The notes under the pieces are model-generated. The model worked only from the letters and a program-made list of their open reading frames with translations. It searched no databases and was not told the origin of the DNA. A program made the translations under genes and the position numbers. 32,000 nt of DNA from Klebsiella phage JIPh_Kp122: the sequence record MN434095.1; one strand, written 5' to 3'. How positions within the stretch are numbered: the first letter of the stretch is position 1; every line of letters starts with the position of its first letter. This document shows, one piece after another, positions 26,062 through 32,000 of this stretch.

Positions 26062-26331
26062 TCAATCTTTGAGAGATTTTAGCTCTTCGAGCATATCGTA
26101 GTATTCTTTACTAGCAACCGGAGCTACAGTACAGTGGTAGCTATTGAATTCATGGTATTTCACGAAGCGTTCAAGGTGCCACTTAATCAGATTGTTAATT
26201 CGGTGAAGTAGAACCCCATCTGAACCAACGTAGACAACCACTTCAAATTGAAGCCCATCCCAAATTCTGGTACGGACGATATCACCTACAGCAAAAGTTT
26301 TCATGCGATGTACCAATGTTCGTTTTGCCAA
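26062..26331 (-). CDS. hypothetical protein (true start probably MKTFAVGDIV)
   Basis: Complete ORF with internal Met after an SD-like region. Confidence 0.5.
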   Translation of the reverse strand: MAKRTLVHRMKTFAVGDIVRTRIWDGLQFEVVVYVGSDGVLLHRINNLIKWHLERFVKYHEFNSYHCTVAPVASKEYYDMLEELKSLKD

Positions 26332-26489
26332 GACTCGCCCTTGTACCAGCGAGTCATATCATATCCATTTTCGTCACAGATGACCTTGTTCTTCATCAAG
26401 AAGTATTCGTCATCAGTAAAATGCACATGCTTTACTTTACAGCCTTTACTCATAGCTTCTAGAGCTTCTTGCCAATTTAACCAATTCAT
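26301..26489 (-). CDS. hypothetical protein with DUF2829/Tad2-like sequence pattern
   Basis: NWQEALEAMSKGCKVKHVHFTDDEYFLMKN...WQNEHWYIA resembles 'f.eAl..lk.GkkV.r..w....y......l.a.DW.vv'. Confidence 0.4.
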   Translation of the reverse strand: MNWLNWQEALEAMSKGCKVKHVHFTDDEYFLMKNKVICDENGYDMTRWYKGESWQNEHWYIA

Positions 26490-26536
26490 ATTTTTCTCTC
26501 GAGTTAAACGGTATGCTGTTATCCGTTGATAGAGCT

Positions 26537-26566
26537 ATAGTATCACTCATCAACTGGCTTGTAAAC
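26537..26566 (-). promoter_or_regulatory. T4-type early promoter
   Basis: GTTTAC-N18-TACTAT on the minus strand, upstream of the 26301..26489 gene. Confidence 0.65.
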
Positions 26567-26595
26567 AACTTTGTGAAAGGAGTTTAGAATAAAAG

Positions 26596-26616
26596 AGAGG
26601 TCCCATAGGAACCTCT
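26596..26616 (-). terminator. hairpin terminator after nrdH
   Basis: Minus RNA AGAGGTTCC-TATG-GGACCTCT (one bulge) then CTTTTATTC. Confidence 0.6.
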
Positions 26617-26674
26617 AAATGAAGGGTATAGAAATATACAGAATGTGGTCAAGATGACCTTAGAAAGGAACTGG

Positions 26675-26977
26675 CTAATCTTCTATGATATCTGGATCGT
26701 ATCCAGCAGCAATAAGATTGGTTTTGAATGTTGGAATGTCATACTGCTTAACGTTATCCATAAAAATGACAGGATACCGAATAGCAAGCGATGGATAGCA
26801 CCCGATGCGTTTAGCAAGTGACTCAATCAACGGACGGTCATAAACCGGTTGACCGTCAACCTCGTTGATTACGTTATAGAACTCATACGGAAGTTGCAGC
26901 TTATCAAGCAAGTCACGAACTGCTTTGCATCCAGGGCATCTCCAAACTTCTTCAGGGATGCCATAGATTTCTATCAT
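26675..26977 (-). CDS. nrdH: glutaredoxin NrdH-like
   Basis: MIEIYGIPEEVWRCPGCKAVRDLLDKLQLPYEFYNV: CPGC redox motif in a glutaredoxin context. Confidence 0.8.
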   Translation of the reverse strand: MIEIYGIPEEVWRCPGCKAVRDLLDKLQLPYEFYNVINEVDGQPVYDRPLIESLAKRIGCYPSLAIRYPVIFMDNVKQYDIPTFKTNLIAAGYDPDIIED

Positions 26978-27315
26978 AGTTCAGCCTTAATCTCAGAAAT
27001 CAATCTTTCAATTAATTCAAGTTTATCCGCTGTAGTCATAGGATAAATTTTGTCAACAGTGGCTTCTTCGAGATAGCAACGGTCAGCATCATTAAGTATA
27101 CACCACTGATCAAAATCATCAGCATCTATGCTAACACCATTGAATGTCTTAACTCGTTCAACAGACCCGTCCTGTGTCAGAGCTGTTACCAAAAATGGCT
27201 TAAACTTGAGCATGTTGTAGAATTCAACATCCTTTGACGACGCGTTATTTAGCCATTTATCAACAGAGTCTTCTTTAAACTTGTACCACTTATCGCAACA
27301 AAATAATTCTATCAT
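26974..27315 (-). CDS. hypothetical protein
   Basis: 113-aa ORF overlapping nrdH by 4 nt. Confidence 0.6.
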   Translation of the reverse strand: MIELFCCDKWYKFKEDSVDKWLNNASSKDVEFYNMLKFKPFLVTALTQDGSVERVKTFNGVSIDADDFDQWCILNDADRCYLEEATVDKIYPMTTADKLELIERLISEIKAEL

Positions 27316-27524
27316 TTCATGACCTGTTGAAGTTTAGCAGTCAGAGTATTAACACGCTTCTGAAATTCTTCATTAGACAGTTTTTCATCTTTCTTGGTAG
27401 GATTAATCCAGTCAGAAATAATGATGAGAACAATAAATGGAATAGCTACGAAAGCACCTGCCGTTAATGCAACCAAAGCGATAACGTTAGAAATAAATTT
27501 ACGAATAGCATTAATGAATTTCAT
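27312..27524 (-). CDS. small membrane protein
   Basis: FISNVIALVALTAGAFVAIPFIVLIIISDW hydrophobic span. Confidence 0.65.
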   Translation of the reverse strand: MKFINAIRKFISNVIALVALTAGAFVAIPFIVLIIISDWINPTKKDEKLSNEEFQKRVNTLTAKLQQVMK

Positions 27525-27532
27525 AATTTTCC

Positions 27533-27631
27533 TTAAATAGTTAAGATGAATGCTGTCATAGCCAGAAATTCTGGTCCAAACAGTTCAGTAGCCATGTGGT
27601 TCAGAGTAAACATAATTTTGTAAGTCAGCAT
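27533..27631 (-). CDS. 32-aa mini-ORF
   Basis: MLTYKIMFTLNHMATELFGPEFLAMTAFILTI, GAGG SD upstream; fills the gap before nrdG. Confidence 0.45.
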   Translation of the reverse strand: MLTYKIMFTLNHMATELFGPEFLAMTAFILTI

Positions 27632-27641
27632 ATAAATTTCC

Positions 27642-28112
27642 TCAATCATGTGTCCAGGTAGAACCGTTTCTTACCCAGAGTCTTTGGTTATCAGAACCAC
27701 GCCAATTTTTAGTGGTTGGCAGTGATTGCTCGTATTTCCCATCAATTATAACATCAATGTGTTGTAGCAAATCTAAGTCTTTAATATCTTCAAATTTATA
27801 TCCTGTCCACATCCAGATATCTTTCTCCGGAAATCTTGCTTTAACCCAAGAAACCAAATTTGAAATCTCTTCCCGGTTCTGCTGATAAAGTGGGTCTCCA
27901 CCAGTTAAAGTAAGACCTTGGATATACGATTTGCTTAAATGGGATGCAAGCTCTTTAACAGTATTCATAGTGAATAACTGGCCGTTTCTAGCATTCCAAG
28001 TAGATTTATTATAACACCCTTCGCATTTATGCAAACACCCGGTGACAAAAAGAACGACCCTGCATCCAGGGCCATTCACAAAGTCAGAAGGGTAGATTCT
28101 GTCGAAATTCAT
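27642..28112 (-). CDS. nrdG: anaerobic ribonucleotide reductase activating protein NrdG
   Basis: VLFVTGCLHKCEGCYN radical-SAM CxxxCxxC; LTGGDPL; W.WTGY. Confidence 0.96.
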   Translation of the reverse strand: MNFDRIYPSDFVNGPGCRVVLFVTGCLHKCEGCYNKSTWNARNGQLFTMNTVKELASHLSKSYIQGLTLTGGDPLYQQNREEISNLVSWVKARFPEKDIWMWTGYKFEDIKDLDLLQHIDVIIDGKYEQSLPTTKNWRGSDNQRLWVRNGSTWTHD

Positions 28113-28317
28113 TGAATCTTACCTCATTACGTGCTTCTACTTCTGCATCATATTTCCAGGGTTCATCAGTTTGAATAGCCCCAGCCGATAATCCACTTTC
28201 GGGGTCACGAGTTATAGCAATTCCCAGTGGGTGCAGAACCTCTTTGTTGATTTTCCAAATCAATCCCCATTCGCTAAGTTGGTTCCAATCAACTTGCTTC
28301 ATTGGTTTCTCTAACAT
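28084..28317 (-). CDS. hypothetical protein between nrdD and nrdG
   Basis: 77-aa ORF overlapping both neighbours; likely start MKQVDWNQLSEWGLIWKINKEV. Confidence 0.65.
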   Translation of the reverse strand: MLEKPMKQVDWNQLSEWGLIWKINKEVLHPLGIAITRDPESGLSAGAIQTDEPWKYDAEVEARNEVRFNEFRQNLPF

Positions 28318-30127
28318 GTTTTACCCTATGCATAATTTCTTTGTTCTTACCAAGATTAAACCCACGCTCAGAAGGATTACCAAGATAACCACAAGTCCTA
28401 CGAATTGTATTCATTTTCTTTGGATCAGTTTCACCACAAATTGAACATGTGAATCCGTTTTCAGTAGGTGTCATCTCATGGGTAGAACCACAAGAAAGAC
28501 ACTTATCTACTGGCATATTAACACCAAAATAATCTAACTTCTCGATAGCATAGTCCCATACAGCTTCAAGACCTTCAAGGTTACGCTTCATGTCAGGCAG
28601 TTCAACATAAGAAATATGACCACCTTTAGCAATGGAATGATATGGTGCTTCACGGTCAATCTTTTCAAAAGGCGACAGGTTTTCTTCTACTGACACATGG
28701 AAGCTATTAGTGTACCAGCCTTTATCAGTTACGCCCTTAACATCACCAAACTTGGCTTGGTCAATCTTACAGAAACGATAGCACAGACTTTCAGCCGGAG
28801 TTGAGTACAGACTAAAGGCATAGCCTGTTTCTTCCGACCATTTGTTTAGCTTAGTATTGATATACTTCAGGACGAGTTTACCGCTTCCTTTGAATGTAAG
28901 CATATCAAATTCGTGGATGCCAATATATCCTAATGAAATTGAACTACGTCCATTCTTGAATAGTTCAAGAATTTCATCGTCAGGTTTCATACGCACACCA
29001 AAAGCACCTTCCTGGTAAAGAATAGGAGCAACCGATGCAGTAACGCCTTCAAGGGATTTAATTCTAGTTAAAAGGGCTTCTTTACAAATATCAAGGCGTT
29101 CATCCAATAGTTTGAACAGTTTATTACTGTCATCCGAACTTTTATAATTTGCATCCAGAGCTATCCTAGGGAGGTTCAGTGTTACTACCCCTAGATTATT
29201 ACGGCCATCAAGAACGGGTTTGCCAGAAGAGTCTCTCCAAGCACCAAGGAAACTTCTACAGCCCATTGGAGATACAGGAGTTTCTGAACCGGTAATTGCT
29301 CTATTATTTCGAGCACTGATGATATCAGGATACATACGTTTAGCTGCGCATTCTAATGCAAGCTGCTTAATATCATAGTTCGGGTCTTCTTTACGTAGAT
29401 TAATGCCTTCTTCTACAAACATCACAAGCTTTGGAAAGATTGGAGTAATTCCATCGCGTCCTAATCCACGAATACGATTATCAAGAATAGCTCGCTGAAT
29501 TAATTTTTCTTCCCATGACGTGCCCATACCAAATGTGATAGTCACAAACGGAGTTTGGCCATTTGAGCTAAACAAAGTATTCACTTCATATTCATATGCC
29601 TGGAAAGCATCAAATACGTCTTTTTCTGTTTTTGAAATAGCATAATCTTTTACTAATGCTACTTGATATTTGCGTGCATCACGTACATGTTTAGCGAATG
29701 TCTTCTCCACATAAGGAGACAATACTAAATCAACATTAGCAAAGGTAGTTCCACCATATTGGTGAGATGCTACTTGTGCAGTGATTTGCGCCATGATAGC
29801 AGTAGCTACTCCAATACTCTTAGGAGTTTCAATTTGAGCGTTACCAAGTTTAAAGCCATTCTGCAACATACCTTTCAAATCTACCAAACAGCAGTTGGTG
29901 AAAGGCAAAGCTGGACTATAGTCCATATCATGAAAATGGATAACACCTTCTTTGTGTGCTTCCATTACAGAGGCAGGAATGACCTGATTGGCGATATGTT
30001 TAGATACGATACCAGCCATCAGGTCACGTTGGGTAGGAAAAACACGAGAATCTTTGTTAGCATTCTCGTTTAAGAGGTCCTTGTTGGTTTTATTAATAAG
30101 TCCCTGGATTTCTAATTCGATATTCAT
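28289..30127 (-). CDS. nrdD: anaerobic ribonucleoside-triphosphate reductase NrdD
   Basis: 612 aa uninterrupted; KEGVIHFHDMDYSP, CLSCGSTHEMTPTENGFTCSICGETDP zinc site, RRTCGYLG glycyl-radical motif. Confidence 0.97.
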   Translation of the reverse strand: MNIELEIQGLINKTNKDLLNENANKDSRVFPTQRDLMAGIVSKHIANQVIPASVMEAHKEGVIHFHDMDYSPALPFTNCCLVDLKGMLQNGFKLGNAQIETPKSIGVATAIMAQITAQVASHQYGGTTFANVDLVLSPYVEKTFAKHVRDARKYQVALVKDYAISKTEKDVFDAFQAYEYEVNTLFSSNGQTPFVTITFGMGTSWEEKLIQRAILDNRIRGLGRDGITPIFPKLVMFVEEGINLRKEDPNYDIKQLALECAAKRMYPDIISARNNRAITGSETPVSPMGCRSFLGAWRDSSGKPVLDGRNNLGVVTLNLPRIALDANYKSSDDSNKLFKLLDERLDICKEALLTRIKSLEGVTASVAPILYQEGAFGVRMKPDDEILELFKNGRSSISLGYIGIHEFDMLTFKGSGKLVLKYINTKLNKWSEETGYAFSLYSTPAESLCYRFCKIDQAKFGDVKGVTDKGWYTNSFHVSVEENLSPFEKIDREAPYHSIAKGGHISYVELPDMKRNLEGLEAVWDYAIEKLDYFGVNMPVDKCLSCGSTHEMTPTENGFTCSICGETDPKKMNTIRRTCGYLGNPSERGFNLGKNKEIMHRVKHVRETNEAS

Positions 30128-30597
30128 TTTAAACTCTTACGAAGCTGCTTCTTGTATTTTGAAGCAAGTTGTGATTTTCCATCACTTTCCTCGTATGTAA
30201 ACCCATGCAATTCCATTTCAGCAATCATCTCAGGTTTACCAAGACGTGAAAAGCGTTTAGCCATATCGGCAACATATTGCGGGTGAATATTATTGTCTTT
30301 ACGATTCTGGCGGAGATAGACCAGCAAATTCTCTAACCATTCGAGGTAGTCAATATCTTGACCTTTTAAACCAGAACGGTTGAACTTATGCTTCATTTGG
30401 CCTTCTGCCGCATTACACAGGTTACAGAGCAAGCCTCTGACCTTTCCTGCATTGTCACCTTCTAACGCATGGTCATGGTCGAGGTGGTTCTTTTGAATAT
30501 CCTCATCTAAAGGACGTTTGCAGCAAGGACATAAACCGTTCTGTGCCTTATATAGTTTTTCTTTTTCTTCTTTATATAACTTACCTGTTAATAGCAT
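30124..30597 (-). CDS. 49: recombination endonuclease VII gp49
   Basis: LYKAQNGLCPCCKRPL....HLDHDH....G..RGLLCNLCN: endonuclease VII HNH with zinc-binding Cys. Confidence 0.96.
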   Translation of the reverse strand: MLLTGKLYKEEKEKLYKAQNGLCPCCKRPLDEDIQKNHLDHDHALEGDNAGKVRGLLCNLCNAAEGQMKHKFNRSGLKGQDIDYLEWLENLLVYLRQNRKDNNIHPQYVADMAKRFSRLGKPEMIAEMELHGFTYEESDGKSQLASKYKKQLRKSLK

Positions 30598-30598
30598 T

Positions 30599-30626
30599 AC
30601 TCTTACCTCAGCGATTAGATAAGAGT
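30599..30626 (-). promoter_or_regulatory. RBS-sequestering hairpin of gene 49
   Basis: Minus RNA 5'-ACUCUUAUCU-AAUCGCUG-AGGUAAGAGU-3': 10-bp stem (one U-G), contains the SD, immediately before AUG at 30597. Confidence 0.85.
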
Positions 30627-30633
30627 ATTTATA
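30626..30633 (-). promoter_or_regulatory. T4-type late promoter of gene 49
   Basis: Perfect TATAAATA abutting the hairpin. Confidence 0.88.
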
Positions 30634-30634
30634 G

Positions 30635-30976
30635 TTAAATTAACGAGTAGCTACTATACGTGTTTTTAGATGATTCTTTAATACAATATGAGGTGCAGAA
30701 CGCAAAAATTCCAACGATATTATCTGCATGATAACTATAGACTTCATTGCTATTCGCATCTACAAGTTTGACACTTTTCCATGCCATTCCGTCAATTTCA
30801 TCTTCATAATAACCATCTGAAAATTCAATGATATCTCCAACTTTAATTCCATGGTCTTTAAAGACGCTTTTAATCTGGCGATGCAGCTCAGACAGGTCTA
30901 GGAGTTTAACCTTAATTGATTTAGAAATGCAAGTATTAGACATGGCGAACTCCAAGACGTTGTTCAAGTGCGACAA
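30635..30976 (-). CDS. hypothetical protein immediately upstream of 49
   Basis: Complete 113-aa ORF. Confidence 0.6.
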   Translation of the reverse strand: MSHLNNVLEFAMSNTCISKSIKVKLLDLSELHRQIKSVFKDHGIKVGDIIEFSDGYYEDEIDGMAWKSVKLVDANSNEVYSYHADNIVGIFAFCTSYCIKESSKNTYSSYSLI

Positions 30977-31388
30977 TGTAATCCGCAGCTTTTTGCATTA
31001 AATCATACTCTTCTGAATCACAATTTTCCTGTCCAGCAAAGGCGTAAAGAGCTCTGGTAATTGGAACGATTGCACCTTGGAAATGATTAAGTTTAATTTC
31101 AGAAATCAGCGGAACATCTTCACCTTGGCCAATTTCTTTAATTTGGTGCATAGTATCTTCGCTGTAGAAGCACCAGAACCAGGATTCGCCGAATGGCGTT
31201 GGGTCTTTGACTGTGATGATTTTATTTGTCAGTAAATCAATAACTGCAGTGATTCCTACCAGTTCAAGGTCGTCTTCATTATCTGCAGAAATAACTTGAA
31301 ACTTAAATCCCGGAATGAACATAGGAAATTGTTCGCTCAGTTCATCATCATTCTCAATAACTTCAAACTGCTTACCAATAAGCCCCAT
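30936..31388 (-). CDS. hypothetical protein (150 aa)
   Basis: Complete ORF. Confidence 0.65.
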   Translation of the reverse strand: MGLIGKQFEVIENDDELSEQFPMFIPGFKFQVISADNEDDLELVGITAVIDLLTNKIITVKDPTPFGESWFWCFYSEDTMHQIKEIGQGEDVPLISEIKLNHFQGAIVPITRALYAFAGQENCDSEEYDLMQKAADYIVALEQRLGVRHV

Positions 31389-31530
31389 TCACTTTGTCCT
31401 CATAATCAAGCAATTCATTTATGGTAGGTTCAGAGGTATTATAATCCTCTTCAGGAATAGCATCTTCCTCTGGCTCGACAGTTTCCCAACGAGCCGCATA
31501 CCAGGGTTTTAGACCTTTGCTACTTTGCAT
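31363..31530 (-). CDS. hypothetical acidic 55-aa ORF
   Basis: Hand-translated: MQSSKGLKPWYAARWETVEPEEDAIPEEDYNTSEPTINELLDYEDKVNGAYWQAV; tiles between neighbouring ORFs. Confidence 0.5.
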
Positions 31531-31898
31531 GGTGTTGGTTCAGAATCATTAACAGAATCATGTTCAATGCGCCATTCAACTTCGGTGCGAGTAACCACTT
31601 TTTCATGACGAGTAACGATATCTACTTCAGGAGGACTATAATACCAATCAGTATGATATGAACCTGAACGGGATTCTGATACCATGAAATGAACGCCGCG
31701 TGCTGGATAATACCAAATTTGAGTACGGTCTTGATACTTATGCTCTTGTGTCCAGTCTCCATCTTCTACTAAAACAAAGATTTCTTCTGCATCGTCATCT
31801 GGAGCATTAGGCGGATATTCAAAATCATAGTTGTCGTCCCAACCACCAGTGACGCCAGCGATATGCTTGATTTCTTTTACTAATTCAGCGTTAGTCAT
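31509..31898 (-). CDS. hypothetical protein (start MTNAELVKEI)
   Basis: Track ORF 31509..31934; internal ATG at 31898 follows the upstream stop and AGG-containing sequence. Confidence 0.6.
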   Translation of the reverse strand: MTNAELVKEIKHIAGVTGGWDDNYDFEYPPNAPDDDAEEIFVLVEDGDWTQEHKYQDRTQIWYYPARGVHFMVSESRSGSYHTDWYYSPPEVDIVTRHEKVVTRTEVEWRIEHDSVNDSEPTPCKVAKV

Positions 31899-31899
31899 T

Positions 31900-32000
31900 T
31901 TAACCTCGCAGCTTCTGTAAATCTTCATCATCAATCCAGCTTTCTAAACCGGATGGAAGCGCACATTCAATTTCCCACAGCAATTCTTCAATTGCTTGCA
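31900..32000 (-). CDS. partial CDS running off the window end
   Basis: Open frame ...QAIEELLWEIECALPSGLESWIDDEDLQKLRG*. Confidence 0.5.
   Translation of the reverse strand, partial: QAIEELLWEIECALPSGLESWIDDEDLQKLRG

Noticed and set aside
1-32000. CRISPR arrays, tRNA genes, rRNA, transposons, retrons or reverse transcriptase
   Set aside because: No regularly spaced repeats, tRNA-like cloverleaf, IS ends or RT motifs were seen by reading. A tRNAscan/CRISPR search would be decisive but was not run.

Overview
This window is a replication/recombination/nucleotide-metabolism block of a T4-like phage (Straboviridae/Tevenvirinae). It is almost entirely transcribed from the minus strand. In T4 order it carries: an HNH-like ORF, a ModB-like ADP-ribosyltransferase, soc, a free-standing HNH homing endonuclease, 56, 61, the 61.x small genes including sp (Spackle), 41, 40, uvsX, a GT-A-like glycosyltransferase in the beta-gt slot, 42, imm, a small lipoprotein, 43, regA, 62, 44, 45, rpbA, 45.2-like, 46, 47, alpha-gt, small ORFs, 55, a small-ORF cluster, nrdH, nrdG, nrdD (uninterrupted), 49 and small ORFs. 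Nearly all genes have recognised T4-family counterparts, so the core is not novel. The parts worth a second look are: a plus-strand holin-like mini-gene between 56 and 61 with its own SD and a UUCG hairpin in plus orientation; an HNH endonuclease in the T4 segF slot (soc-HNH-56); late-promoter plus SD-sequestering-hairpin switches at soc and 49; a two-glycosyltransferase DNA hypermodification set (alpha-gt plus a T6-type or arabinosyl-type candidate); a 54-aa protein with a capsid-targeting-like N-terminus; a conserved gp43 translational operator; and hypothetical ORFs in anti-host positions, including a possible Tad2-like one. All calls come from reading the sequence and recalled family knowledge. 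No database search was run.
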